Source: Syntrophorhabdaceae bacterium (GTDB taxonomy: Bacteria; Desulfobacterota; Syntrophorhabdia; Syntrophorhabdales; Syntrophorhabdaceae). Taken from it: 64,000 nt of DNA. The DNA lies in contig OY762209.1 of assembly GCA_963665295.1 (NCBI GenBank), positions 5,088,001 through 5,152,000 of the forward strand, given 5' to 3'. Every line of letters begins with the position of its first letter. Position 1 is the stretch's first letter. Positions 46,602 to 57,094 of this stretch are shown in pieces. The notes under the pieces were generated by a model. That model searched no databases. It saw only the letters and a program-made list of their open reading frames with translations, and was not told where the DNA came from. The position numbers and the translations under genes were made by a program.

Positions 46602-47234
46602 TCAGCCGGAACCGTGGTTGAACTCATCCTTCTTCTGGAACCGCTCTATGGTGTCCAGAATCTGCTGCCCGGTAAAGGGTTTATCGAGGAAACCGACTAC
46701 CCCCGCGTCCTTTGCCATTCCCCTCTTTTCCTCGCATCCATAAGCCGAGATGATGACCACCAGCGTCTGCGGGGCTACCGCCCTGATTGCGGGAAGTATG
46801 TCCATCCCATCGCCGTCGGGCAGCTTCAAGTCCAGAAACAACAGGTCCGGCTGTTCTTTGAGCCGGGCAAGGCCTTCGCTTATGGTGTTGGCAGCGAATA
46901 CGCCATATCCCTTGCTCTGCAATATATTCGAAAGAAGCCAGCACAGATCCCCTTCGTCGTCTATTATGAGGATATTCCTTATTTCCTTCTTGAAAAAGAG
47001 GAACGGGTCCGCCTCCACGTGTTCCTTCTTGAGAAATTCCTCTTCCTGTTGCTGAAAATAAGGCGCCAGTTCTTCGAGTTCCTCGGGTCGGCGCCACCCT
47101 GAAAGGCCGCTCCTCCAGACGAGGGCCTCGTCACGCTTTATGATGCCTTTCAATATCCAACTTTTCAACCTGGAGTGGTAGATAAACCGGTACGTGTCGG
47201 CCCCTCTTCTTATATCGTACTTCAATTCGTACAT
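46602..47234 (-). CDS. Response regulator with an N-terminal GYF_2-like domain
   Basis: N-terminal WILKGII...LVWRSGLSGWRRPEELEEL; C-terminal REC domain ILIIDDE, LDLKLPDGDG, ISAY, DKPF. Confidence 0.8.
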   Translation of the reverse strand: MYELKYDIRRGADTYRFIYHSRLKSWILKGIIKRDEALVWRSGLSGWRRPEELEELAPYFQQQEEEFLKKEHVEADPFLFFKKEIRNILIIDDEGDLCWLLSNILQSKGYGVFAANTISEGLARLKEQPDLLFLDLKLPDGDGMDILPAIRAVAPQTLVVIISAYGCEEKRGMAKDAGVVGFLDKPFTGQQILDTIERFQKKDEFNHGSG

Positions 47235-47248
47235 GCGCTCCCCCGGTT

Positions 47249-47974
47249 CTATCTGATAGGCAGGGATATGGCAAAGACCGTGCCTACCTGCCGCTTGCTC
47301 TCCACGGTTATCGTTCCGTCATGACTCGCGATAATCCCGTAGGTGGTCGAAAGGCCGAGGCCTATCCCGGACGGTTTGGTGCTGAAAAAGGGGTCGAATA
47401 TACGGATAATGTCCTCCTCGGGTATCCCTTCTCCGGTATCTTGAATCCTTACGACGACGAAATCCCCTTCAACCGCCGTGGTTATCGCCATTTCTCCGCC
47501 ATCCCGCATGGAGTCTACGGCGTTGATCATGACATTTGAAAATGCCCGGTTGATCTGTTCCTTATCGACGTTTATGGGCGGTATCCCGGGGTCGAAGCTC
47601 CTGTTCACCTTTATCGGACGCGATCCGATTTTGGTCTTAATAAAATCGAGAATACCTTCGAGGACCTCATGGATGTCATGGGGCTGAATGGTCAGCTTCG
47701 GCGGCCTGGCACAATTCAACAATTCGGTGATCAGGAAGTTGATCCTGTCCGTATTCCTCATAATCACTTCGATGTGCTTAGCCCAGGGGCTATCCTCGGT
47801 AAAGGCATCCTTGAGGAGTTGCACCGACAGAGAAAGGTTCCCCAGGGGGTTTCTTATCTCGTGGGCTATACTCGCCGCTATTCTGCCCGTAAAAGCGAGC
47901 CGTTCAGATTGAATAGTCTCTTCCTTGCGTTTCTCGGGTCCATCGTCGGAGTGCTTGTTTTGCGATACGTCCAT
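47249..47974 (-). CDS. Histidine kinase lacking a sensor domain (HisKA + HATPase)
   Basis: AGGAGGT RBS; IAHEIRNPL, NVMINAVD, DTGEGI, IFDPFFSTK, GIGLGL. Confidence 0.9.
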   Translation of the reverse strand: MDVSQNKHSDDGPEKRKEETIQSERLAFTGRIAASIAHEIRNPLGNLSLSVQLLKDAFTEDSPWAKHIEVIMRNTDRINFLITELLNCARPPKLTIQPHDIHEVLEGILDFIKTKIGSRPIKVNRSFDPGIPPINVDKEQINRAFSNVMINAVDSMRDGGEMAITTAVEGDFVVVRIQDTGEGIPEEDIIRIFDPFFSTKPSGIGLGLSTTYGIIASHDGTITVESKRQVGTVFAISLPIR

Positions 47975-48325
47975 GGTCTCACCTCCTTTCCTGCTCAATC
48001 TCGTTCCAGGCGAAGGGCGCGCAAAAGAGAGGGGAAGACGGGATGTACATCAAATGTCTACGGGTTGTGGTTCCCCCGACTCCTGGGCGGACGTGTGACC
48101 ATCCCCGGTCACCATGGCTCCGGAATCAGGCGGGCCGTTCTTTCCGGTTCCGGCAGCGCGTATACGCCGGAAACCGCCGGTCCCCCGCATGATCTCCCCG
48201 CTTCTTTCATCCGCCGGCTAAAAATCCCCTTCGATAAGATGAATATAGTAACGATTCGACAAAAGTCAAACCCCCTCCCTCGGGAAGGGTATACCCTATG
48301 CCGACAGGAAGCCGTCCCGCACCGG

Positions 48326-49573
48326 TTACTCCGGCTCCGGGACAGTCCTTTGCAGGATTATGAGCCACAGCACCTCCCCCATCGTAAGCAAAGCGATGAT
48401 CGCCGAAAAGATACGGAGCGCCGGATAAAGGCCGAGTAGGCCGGACCCCAGGCCAAGGGCCACCGTGGGAATTGTGAAGAAGAGATAGACCACCACGAAG
48501 TAGAGAGAGTTAACACTACCGCGCTCCTCCGGTCGGACGAGCCGGTTGAGTTCCGAGACGGAGCCGAGAAACGCCATCCCCGTGAAGGCGCCGCAGACTA
48601 CGGAACCCATGAGCATGAGGCCCATGGACGAGTTCGTCCACGCGGCGATGAGCGCCCCCAGTCCCACAACACCTCCTGTCAGGCCGAACACTTGCAGGCG
48701 GTAGGGCGACAACCCGTTCATGGCCAACTGGCCCGCCACATTGGACCCCAGCATTAAAGCAACCAGGGCACCTCCTGCGGCAAGGCTCCGGGTGTGGAGT
48801 AGACCGGAAACGTAGGTGGGCGCCAGAGCGACGAAGAACCCCCCTATCGCCCATGAAAGACCTCCCGAGATACCGGCCGAGACGAACCTTGCCCCTATCC
48901 CCTTGGGCACCCCGGGATGATGGATCTCAATCACCGTCAGGGGGCCCTGACTCCCTGCCTCCGGGATACGTACGACGAGGGCAAGGGCAAGGGCAAGAAA
49001 CCCCATTTCCACAACATAGCAGAGAGGGGTCGGCCCTGCCTCGTACCCGCCCAAAAGACCGCCTATGAGGGGACCGGCGGCTGCTCCGCCGATAGAACTT
49101 ACCGTAGTCATCATCCCCGCCCGACGCCTGTCATGACGCGGCTGCATCTCCACCAGGGCGGCGCTCAGGTTTCCCTGGGACGCTCCGACCGCGATCCCGA
49201 CCAGAGTGCGCCCCACGAGCAGCCAGACCACGCTCCAGGCAAGGGCAAGGCACACAATTCCCACGGCCTCGACGCATATGGCGACGAGGAGCACCCTGCG
49301 CCGACACACAATATCCCCCACGGGGCCGAAAATGAGGAGCGCGGGGACCACGCCGAGGACGTAGACTCCGAAAACAACAGTGAGCATGAAGTCGGAGAAA
49401 CCGAAGGCCTCCCGATAGGTTTGATAGAGCGGCGTGGGCATGGTTGCCCCCGCGAGAATCACGAAGGAGGCGATGGATACGGCCATATAGGAGCGGGGCA
49501 ACGCGGCCGCGTCCCTGAGTTCGCAAAGGTACATGCCCTGGGAAACGCTGAGTCTCTCCTCTTCCTCGCCCAA
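48326..49573 (-). CDS. MFS transporter
   Basis: About 12 hydrophobic segments; PTPLY motif; motif-A-like GPVGDIVCRRRVL. Confidence 0.88.
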   Translation of the reverse strand: MGEEEERLSVSQGMYLCELRDAAALPRSYMAVSIASFVILAGATMPTPLYQTYREAFGFSDFMLTVVFGVYVLGVVPALLIFGPVGDIVCRRRVLLVAICVEAVGIVCLALAWSVVWLLVGRTLVGIAVGASQGNLSAALVEMQPRHDRRRAGMMTTVSSIGGAAAGPLIGGLLGGYEAGPTPLCYVVEMGFLALALALVVRIPEAGSQGPLTVIEIHHPGVPKGIGARFVSAGISGGLSWAIGGFFVALAPTYVSGLLHTRSLAAGGALVALMLGSNVAGQLAMNGLSPYRLQVFGLTGGVVGLGALIAAWTNSSMGLMLMGSVVCGAFTGMAFLGSVSELNRLVRPEERGSVNSLYFVVVYLFFTIPTVALGLGSGLLGLYPALRIFSAIIALLTMGEVLWLIILQRTVPEPE

Positions 49574-49724
49574 TGTAACCCTATCCTCCCCTTATTTTCG
49601 CACCCGTCGCAGCGGGTACGGCAGCCTTGTCTCCCGACCCGCGACAGCCCTAGAAACCTATATAGTCACCATGTCGGAGGCCGTCAATCGGCGCGCAGCG
49701 CCTCCATGTGCGGGGAGTCCGGTG

Positions 49725-50891
49725 TCAGCCGGCGCGGAGGGAATCGACGATGTTCATGTGGGCGGCCCTTACCGCGGGGAGTACGCCGCCCACGAACCCC
49801 ATGATAAGGGCGAAGGCGAGGGCCTTGACGATGATCCCCGGCGTAAGGGAAAAGGAGAAGGCAAGTTCGGAAAAAGTCTGGAAATTCAATGTGGAAATAG
49901 TGATGAACTGAAGAAAAGAAGCGAAGAAAAGGCCCACGAGGCCGCCGGAAAGGCCGAGAAGAAGGGACTCCATGAGGAACGCGCCGAGGATGCTCATTCT
50001 CTGGAACCCGAGGGCCCTCAGGGTCCCGATCTCTCCCACCCGCGTCGCCACGGCGGTGTACATGGTAATCATGGCGCCGATAATGGCGCCGAGGGAAAAG
50101 ATCACCGTAAGGGAAACGCCCAGGATGCGGAGGAATTTCGCCATCACTTCGGATTGTTCAAGGTAATAGGCCGTCTCCCTCTTGGCTTCCAGGGTAAGCC
50201 GGGGGTCTCCTTCTATGCGCTTTTTTACCGTGGCGAACCGGGAGGAATCCCGGAGTTTGAAGATGACCGATGAATAGACGGGCCGCCGGAAGGCCTGCAT
50301 CAACTGGTCCACGTCACCCCATATCTCCGAGTTGAAACCCGTATTGCCCGCGTCGAATACACCCACTATAGTCCAGTCCCGCATGCCGAACCGCAAGGTC
50401 TCGCCTATGTTGCCTCCCTTGAAGCGTTTCGCGATACTGAGCCCTGCCATGATCTCGGCGCTGCCCCTCCTCGGCATACGCCCCTCTATGAGTTTCACCT
50501 GAGGACGGAGGAGAAGCGACTTATCCGAGATGCCCCGTATCACCACGTTCGATTGTTTGTTACTCTCGCGCTTGGGAAGGCCTATAAGGACCACCATCTC
50601 CTTGGCAGCGAGGGGCGACCCGTCACCTCCTGCGGCGATCTCGGGGTCCGTTTCCACCACGGAGGCCTGATTGCGCTCGATGCCGCTCTGGACCTCGGAG
50701 ACCGAAGCCTTCCTGATTATCACCACGTTATCGTAGGAGCCGGTTTCCACGAGTGTCCTTTGCAGACCCGCGGCAAGCATCAGAATGGAAGCAAAGACAA
50801 ATACCACGAGGGCCATGCCCGAGGCGGTGAGCACCGTAGTGAGTCGGCGGGTCCAGAGGTTTCTCAGACTGTAGGAGAAGGGGATGGCCAT
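49725..50891 (-). CDS. ABC transporter permease (MacB/FtsX family)
   Basis: SLRNLWTRRLTTVLT, EIGTLRALGF, C-terminal TM helices, PAVRAA. Confidence 0.9.
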   Translation of the reverse strand: MAIPFSYSLRNLWTRRLTTVLTASGMALVVFVFASILMLAAGLQRTLVETGSYDNVVIIRKASVSEVQSGIERNQASVVETDPEIAAGGDGSPLAAKEMVVLIGLPKRESNKQSNVVIRGISDKSLLLRPQVKLIEGRMPRRGSAEIMAGLSIAKRFKGGNIGETLRFGMRDWTIVGVFDAGNTGFNSEIWGDVDQLMQAFRRPVYSSVIFKLRDSSRFATVKKRIEGDPRLTLEAKRETAYYLEQSEVMAKFLRILGVSLTVIFSLGAIIGAMITMYTAVATRVGEIGTLRALGFQRMSILGAFLMESLLLGLSGGLVGLFFASFLQFITISTLNFQTFSELAFSFSLTPGIIVKALAFALIMGFVGGVLPAVRAAHMNIVDSLRAG

Positions 50892-52049
50892 CTAACCGAT
50901 CCTCCTTAAGCCATCCGCGATACGGACCCGTATGGCTCTTACCGTGGGGACAACCGCCGCGAGAACCCCCACGATAAGGGAAGTCACCAGGTCCATGACG
51001 ACCGTGTCGGCGCTCACGTTGAATGTGGGGAAGTATTGGCCCATGGCCTGCCCGAAGGCGTCCGCCACGGGGAATGTGAGCAGGACCCCCGACAGGCAGC
51101 CCATGAGGGTAATGAAGATGGATTCACCGAAGATGAGCGCCGCAAGGTGGGACGCACCGAACCCCAGGGTCTTGAACACCGCGTATTCCCCCATCCGTTC
51201 CCGGGCGGTCATGGCCATGGTATTCGCCACCACGGCAAGGATTATGATGATGACCACGAAGGAAACAAGCCTGATTGCAGTGATTATCGCGTCGGACATG
51301 GAAACAAAGCTCAACTGGAATGCCTTTTCCGTCTCCGTGAGGGTTTCGGCAAGGGAATTTTTGAAGGCCCCGTCAATCCTTGCCGCCACTTCGGCGGCCT
51401 GGGCGGGGTTCGTGACGCCGATCATGTAAAAACCGACCTGGTCCGCCCTGCGCGACGCCTTCTTTCTCACGTCCTCGTTGAGGTAATCCCAGTGGAAAAA
51501 GAAGGTGCTTTCGTCCGTGCCCTTGTCTCGCCCCTTGTAGATGCCCCGGAGCACAAATTCCCAGTTGCCCGGGTAAATGGTCCCTTTGAGCACGACCGTG
51601 TCCCCGATCCGCCAGTTATACCGGGCGGCGAGCTTCCGGCCCGCCACAAAAGACTTCCGGTCCCTGAGGAAAGCAGCCTGCTGGTCGGGCGGTATGATGT
51701 ATTCCGGATAGAGTTCCAGGTAGGTCTTCGGGTCCACCGCAAAATTAGCGAAAAAGTTCTTTTCGTCGATATATATACCGCCAAACCAGTTTCCCCATGA
51801 TACAGTCTTCACTCCGTCGATCTGGCGGATCTTCTCTTTGTAGGAAAGGGGGAGAGAAAAGATCATGGACACGGCGTTCCTGCTCACGAGCCTGTTGACG
51901 GCGGATGCCTCGACCCCCGCGTACCATGCATGGATTACGGTCCTCAGAAGGCCGAAGGCGAGTATGGCTATGGTGATGCTCAGGATCGTGAGCCCGGTGC
52001 GGAGCTTGTGGCGGAAGGCGTTCTTAAAAACTATCTTGAGAATCCGCAT
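50892..52049 (-). CDS. ABC transporter permease (MacB/FtsX family)
   Basis: [27 protein letters not shown]. Confidence 0.9.
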   Translation of the reverse strand: MRILKIVFKNAFRHKLRTGLTILSITIAILAFGLLRTVIHAWYAGVEASAVNRLVSRNAVSMIFSLPLSYKEKIRQIDGVKTVSWGNWFGGIYIDEKNFFANFAVDPKTYLELYPEYIIPPDQQAAFLRDRKSFVAGRKLAARYNWRIGDTVVLKGTIYPGNWEFVLRGIYKGRDKGTDESTFFFHWDYLNEDVRKKASRRADQVGFYMIGVTNPAQAAEVAARIDGAFKNSLAETLTETEKAFQLSFVSMSDAIITAIRLVSFVVIIIILAVVANTMAMTARERMGEYAVFKTLGFGASHLAALIFGESIFITLMGCLSGVLLTFPVADAFGQAMGQYFPTFNVSADTVVMDLVTSLIVGVLAAVVPTVRAIRVRIADGLRRIG

Positions 52050-52728
52050 TGCTTAACACGCCCTTGTCGAGGTGCCGGACCCTGTGGGCTTTCCTGGCCG
52101 CTCTGGGGTCATGGGTGACCATGACCACGGTCTTGCCGGACTCCACGTTGAGACGGTCCATGAGATCCATGATCTCTTCCGCGGAAAGCCTGTCCAGGTC
52201 CCCTGTCGGCTCATCGGCAACGAGTATGGTGGGATCGGTGACGATTGCCCTCGCGATAGCTACCCGCTGCTGCTGACCGCCCGACAACTGGCCCGGATAA
52301 TGTTCCATCCGGTCGGCAAGGCTGACCACCCGGAGCGCCATTTCCACGTGCTCGCGCCTCTCCTTCTTCTTGAGCCACGTCAGGAGGAGGGGCAGCTCGA
52401 CATTTTCATAGGCGGTGAGCACGGGAATGAGATTGTAGAACTGGAAAATAAATCCCACGTGGGTAGCGCGCCATCGGGCAAGCTCCACTTCCGAAAGGGC
52501 TGTAATATCCACCCCGCCTATCCGGATGGCGCCCCTGTCCACTTTGTCGATGCCCGCGATAAGGTTGAGGAGGGTGCTCTTCCCCGAACCCGAAGGACCC
52601 ATGAGGGCGAGGAACTCCCCTTCCCCGATATCAAAAGTAATGTCGTTGAGGACCGGCACTATCTGGCTCCCCCGCACATACGATTTGTACACGTGTTCTA
52701 TTTCGACGATCGGGCCGTTATCGCTCAT
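52024..52728 (-). CDS. ABC transporter ATP-binding protein (LolD/MacB-like)
   Basis: [34 protein letters not shown]. Confidence 0.95.
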   Translation of the reverse strand: MSDNGPIVEIEHVYKSYVRGSQIVPVLNDITFDIGEGEFLALMGPSGSGKSTLLNLIAGIDKVDRGAIRIGGVDITALSEVELARWRATHVGFIFQFYNLIPVLTAYENVELPLLLTWLKKKERREHVEMALRVVSLADRMEHYPGQLSGGQQQRVAIARAIVTDPTILVADEPTGDLDRLSAEEIMDLMDRLNVESGKTVVMVTHDPRAARKAHRVRHLDKGVLSNADSQDSF

Positions 52729-52861
52729 AGGCCACCATATTGTCGGTTCACGCTCCCCGGCCTGCCTTCCGGCCCATTCGGGCCCCGCGACGATATTCCA
52801 TTAATGGCGACTTTCCCCGGGCCCGTGGACCGCAACCCCTCCCGCCTGTGACCGGTCCGGC

Positions 52862-54085
52862 TCACTGTTCCGGGAACCTTACCCTTGTTCCATTGACAAG
52901 CTTGGGTGTCGGGCCGACCACCACCTTCTCCCCTGCCTTTACTCCACTCGTGATCTCGACCAAGTCGCCCAGTTGACCGGCTGTGGCAACGGGTGTTTCG
53001 GCGACCTTGTTCCCCTTGATCACAAAAACGTACTCCCTGCCCTGGCGGTTGAGGAGCGCCTTTTTGCCGACAGCGATGCGGGGTGACTCGTCCCCCGCCG
53101 TTACCTCTCTTGAGAGGAAGGCTACTTTGGCGCTCATCTCGGGCAATACGCGGTTGTCTTTATCGATGAAGCGAACCTTTACCATGACCGTTGCCTTGCT
53201 TCTGTCTGCGGTGGGTACGATCATATGGACCACGCCGCGAAAGCGCGATTCCGGGATGGCGTCAAGCTGTATCTCACAAGGCTGTCCGACCTTCACCTTG
53301 CTGAGGTTCGACTCCGAAACGTCGGCCTCCACCATAAGGGAGCTCATATCGGCAATAGTCACCGCCGATGCCTTGGCATTCGCCGCCGCGCCCAGGGGCG
53401 TCACAATATCACCCACGTCCGCGTTCTTTGTGAGGACCACCGCATCAAAGGGGGCCCGGATGTACGTGTATTCCAGGGATGCTTCCGCCGAGTTCAAAGC
53501 CGCCATCCCCGCCCTCACCGCTGCCTCCGCCCCTGATAGCCCCGCCACCGCTTTCTTGTAGCGGGCCTCCTGGGCGTCATAGGCCGCTTTTGTGGTAAAT
53601 TCCTGGGCAAGCAACGTCTTTTCCCGTTCGTATGAACGTTTCGCGTCATAAAGTTCCGCTTTCGCCTGTTCGAGGCTCGAACGGGCCACTTCCAGGTTGG
53701 CGGCCGCCTGCCTTTTTGTGGCGGCAATGTCGTCATTTTCGAGTTGCGCGATCACCTGCCCCTTCTTGATCCGGCTCCCCTCTTCGACGGTGAGGGATAC
53801 GAGCCTTCCCGTAATTTTCGACGCCACCGCGGCCTTTCGCTGGGCAACCACGTACCCACTCGCATTGAGGAGAGTGAATGTCTGAGATGGATACACAAGG
53901 GCCACCGTGGCCACCTCCACCTGGGGGGCGGGAGAAAAGACTCCCTGCCAATAGAGGAGGAGAGCGGCGAGGAGAAGGGCGGCCGCCCCTGCCCGGTAGA
54001 GGATCTTCTTTCCCTTGCGACGCGAAGGCGCGCCGGGGGAGGAAGGTTTCTCGATTCTCAGTCTCGAAAGGTCGTCTTCTGCCAT
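52862..54085 (-). CDS. Efflux periplasmic adaptor (MacA/HlyD-like)
   Basis: N-terminal TM helix, ASGYVVA, VEEGSRIKKGQ, coiled coil, IRAPFD. Confidence 0.92.
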   Translation of the reverse strand: MAEDDLSRLRIEKPSSPGAPSRRKGKKILYRAGAAALLLAALLLYWQGVFSPAPQVEVATVALVYPSQTFTLLNASGYVVAQRKAAVASKITGRLVSLTVEEGSRIKKGQVIAQLENDDIAATKRQAAANLEVARSSLEQAKAELYDAKRSYEREKTLLAQEFTTKAAYDAQEARYKKAVAGLSGAEAAVRAGMAALNSAEASLEYTYIRAPFDAVVLTKNADVGDIVTPLGAAANAKASAVTIADMSSLMVEADVSESNLSKVKVGQPCEIQLDAIPESRFRGVVHMIVPTADRSKATVMVKVRFIDKDNRVLPEMSAKVAFLSREVTAGDESPRIAVGKKALLNRQGREYVFVIKGNKVAETPVATAGQLGDLVEITSGVKAGEKVVVGPTPKLVNGTRVRFPEQ

Positions 54086-54376
54086 GAACTGTCGCGTCTC
54101 CGGAAAGGTGGAATCAGACTCATAGCTTACGGACCCGGTCCGGTTCTGTCAATAGATTTATGGAAGGGAGATCATGAGCACGGGCTTGGTGACATCGCCC
54201 CTTTTGGAATCCGCCATAGCCTCGCTGATCCTCCGGAAATCATACCACTTAATGCACCGGCGAAAGGAAACGATCCTGCCTCGTGAAGACGCCGTGGATA
54301 TGGATGCCCCGGGCCGGGACATGCCCGGAACAGCGACTTGCAGGGAATGGGGACAGCCCGGTTGGGTGAAGGCTGC

Positions 54377-55096
54377 CTATCCGGCCGTAAGACCCACGAA
54401 TTCCCTGATTGCTGCTAACGATGCCTCGGGCCGGGCTTGCAGGATGAAATGAGGCCCCTTGATTCTTCTTACCCTCAAATCGGAAATGCCTTCGGTAAAA
54501 TCAAAGAGAGCCGACGCGGGAACGGTCCTGTCGGAGGCGGCCTGAATATAGCAGCAGGGAATATCCAGCTTCGGAAGCCACCCACGGACGTCTACCCCGT
54601 CTATCACCTTAAGCCTGTGGGCAAGCACCTCCGGCGGCACCAGAACTTTGACCTTTTGCCACATGGTAAGGAACAGCCGTGCGGCGTCTTCACCTCCCTC
54701 GACCACGTGCTTCAGCAAAAACCCCGGAAAGGGAAACCTCATCAACAATTCAAGGGGAAGAGAGTTAAGGATTTTCAGCAACACCGGCCTTGGCGACCTG
54801 GCAAAGGTCGCGCAAAGTATGAGGCACTTCGCCTTGAGCCGCCCGGAGCCGATGAGGGCGATTGCAACGGGCCCTGAAAAGGATTCCGCCAGGACTATTG
54901 CGTTCTCCCGGTCGGTCTCGATCCGGTCTCCGGCGTATTGAACCGTTTCCTCGAAACCGAGAAGCCTGTCCGTCGGGTAACGAACTATCTTTACCCTCAC
55001 GTCCCGGGGCAGCGCTTTTCCAAGGGGGTCGAAGGAGATCCCTGTGCCATCGATTCCGGGCAGGAAAATAATGGTGTGACCGCTCAGTGGGTCCAT
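54377..55096 (-). CDS. Alpha/beta hydrolase fold protein
   Basis: FLPGIDGTG, nucleophile elbow AESFSG, DRTV, GPHFILQ. Confidence 0.82.
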   Translation of the reverse strand: MDPLSGHTIIFLPGIDGTGISFDPLGKALPRDVRVKIVRYPTDRLLGFEETVQYAGDRIETDRENAIVLAESFSGPVAIALIGSGRLKAKCLILCATFARSPRPVLLKILNSLPLELLMRFPFPGFLLKHVVEGGEDAARLFLTMWQKVKVLVPPEVLAHRLKVIDGVDVRGWLPKLDIPCCYIQAASDRTVPASALFDFTEGISDLRVRRIKGPHFILQARPEASLAAIREFVGLTAG

Positions 55097-55162
55097 CTCC
55101 GTCTTTTGCCTCACCCCGTGCAGGTCGGCCGGAACCCGCTTTCCGGGCAATCGGTCGATCCG

Positions 55163-55555
55163 TCAGTTGGACGGATTCGCCGGCAGAAGTCCCATCTTTA
55201 CCTTGCACTCAAAGGAAAGCCACGATTCCCTGTCTTTGAGGCATTGAAGTATCTGGTCCCTTCCGCCGCCGGAATTCTTGCAGAGCAGGATGATGTCATC
55301 ATGACAGGCAAGTCCCGCTTGCGTTGTCGCCCCCACGATGCTCGATTTGCACCAGTCTGAAAGCTCATTCTCATACCTCTCCAGGCACTGCCTGATCGCT
55401 CCGCTACCTGCAGGGATGTCGGAACAGAACTGTGTAATCTCGTCCGCACAGGCGCCGGGGGCCTGGGCCGACGCGCCCGTCCAGGCAAGGATACCAAGGG
55501 AGAGCAGGGCCGCCACTGCCAATCCCGTCTGAATCCCTATCCTCATGGATCTCAT
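55163..55555 (-). CDS. Secreted cysteine-rich repeat (GLG1-like) protein
   Basis: Signal peptide; two repeats of C.xDI..FC...G.I.QCL......LS..CK. Confidence 0.78.
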   Translation of the reverse strand: MRSMRIGIQTGLAVAALLSLGILAWTGASAQAPGACADEITQFCSDIPAGSGAIRQCLERYENELSDWCKSSIVGATTQAGLACHDDIILLCKNSGGGRDQILQCLKDRESWLSFECKVKMGLLPANPSN

Positions 55556-55839
55556 GATACCTGCCCTCCTTCTTCCTGTCTTTTCACACCTCCCAAAAAG
55601 AGGTTACAGTCCTCACTTGAAAGTGTAATCCCTTGTTTCCATCTTGTAAATCACTATTCGGGGCAACCGGACACCCTCTTGCAGGACGTCACTTTCCGCA
55701 AAGCGGTTATTCACTTCGCGCCCGCTATTCACTACCCCCGGGTCCGGACTGTTCTTGACTTTTGAGGCTCTTTTTGAGAGTATAGAAGGTGGTGAGATGC
55801 CATCCTGTGCCTTGGGCGCAGAAACCTTGGAGGTGAATA

Positions 55840-56247
55840 ATGGGGAGAAAAATATGGTGGCCCCTCCTCTCGGCGGCAGTGCTCGTGTTATTCGGGGCAG
55901 GCGCTTACGCCCAGGACCAGCTTGCGGAACTCCTCACTTCGACACCGTGGTGCTCCTTCAAGTACAATAAGGTCACAGGTTACAGCAGCACCACCCGTTA
56001 CCAGTTCTTCAGGGACGGGAGGTACCTGACAGGGGCCAGGGCCGAAGGGTACTCCAGCGGAGGGGGCGGAAGCCTGACAAGTCAACGCGACCGCACGTCC
56101 GGCGGCACCTGGCAACTCCAGGGCAACGCGCTCTACGTGACGGCGGATGGCGTGGTCCAGGCCCCCGCGAACCTTTCCGTAAAGAACAACAACAACGGCT
56201 CGCCGGTCATCATGGCGGACGGAGTGGAATTCGTCCCCTGTAAATAA
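55840..56247 (+). CDS. Hypothetical secreted protein
   Basis: GGAGGT RBS, signal peptide ending AYA, two Cys. Confidence 0.75.
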   Translation: MGRKIWWPLLSAAVLVLFGAGAYAQDQLAELLTSTPWCSFKYNKVTGYSSTTRYQFFRDGRYLTGARAEGYSSGGGGSLTSQRDRTSGGTWQLQGNALYVTADGVVQAPANLSVKNNNNGSPVIMADGVEFVPCK

Positions 56248-56279
56248 CCCGGCCTGAGGTCGGCCAAAAAGGAACTGCA

Positions 56280-57089
56280 ATGGAAACACATCGTTACGTC
56301 CATGGTTATTCGGAGCGGGAGCATGAGCGGCTTCACGATCAGGCTGCGACCCTTACCGAACTTCTTCACGGCGACACCTTCTACCCCGATGGAGCGATGG
56401 TGCTTGAGGCGGGCTGCGGTGTAGGAGCACAGACCGTGATCCTCGCGGAAAAGAGCCCGGGCGCTCATTTCCTGTCCATAGATATTTCCCATGAATCCCT
56501 CGGCAAGGCAAAGGCTTTGACCCGGGAGAGAGGGTTCACGAATGTCGGGTTTCAAAGGGCCGACATCTACGACCTCTCTTTCGAGGAAGGGAGCTTTGAC
56601 CATGTCTTCGTCTGCTTTGTCCTGGAACATCTTTCGAAACCCGTCGTTGCGCTCCGGAACCTGAAGAAGGTATTGAAACCCGGCGGAACGATTACCGTCA
56701 TCGAGGGAGACCACGGCTCCACGTACTTCTACCCGGAAAGTGACGAGGCCCGCCGGACCGTGGAGTGCCTTATCCGTATCCAGGCGGACATTGGAGGGGA
56801 TTCTCTCATCGGACGACGAATATACCCTCTCCTCGAAGAGTCGGGATTCGACCGCATCACCGTGTCGCCGAGAATGGTCTACGTGGATGCGAGCAGGCCG
56901 CACCTCGTCGAAGGCTTTACGAAGAACACATTCATTGCCATGGTCGAGGGTGTGAGACAGAAGGCGCTCAGTCTCGGCATGATGGACGAACTCTCATGGG
57001 ACAAGGGCATAAAGGACCTGAAAAGAACGACCCGGAGCGACGGAACCTTCTGTTACACCTTTTTCAAAGGCATGGCCGTGAAAGGCTGA
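56280..57089 (+). CDS. Class I SAM-dependent methyltransferase
   Basis: VLEAGCGVG, SFDHVF, FVLEHL, VLKPGG. Confidence 0.92.
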   Translation: METHRYVHGYSEREHERLHDQAATLTELLHGDTFYPDGAMVLEAGCGVGAQTVILAEKSPGAHFLSIDISHESLGKAKALTRERGFTNVGFQRADIYDLSFEEGSFDHVFVCFVLEHLSKPVVALRNLKKVLKPGGTITVIEGDHGSTYFYPESDEARRTVECLIRIQADIGGDSLIGRRIYPLLEESGFDRITVSPRMVYVDASRPHLVEGFTKNTFIAMVEGVRQKALSLGMMDELSWDKGIKDLKRTTRSDGTFCYTFFKGMAVKG

Positions 57090-57094
57090 TACTC

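Noticed and set aside
49725..54085. MacAB-like ABC system as exporter of the RiPP
   Set aside because: It is 35 kb away, separated by housekeeping operons, and of a common type; there is no evidence of linkage.
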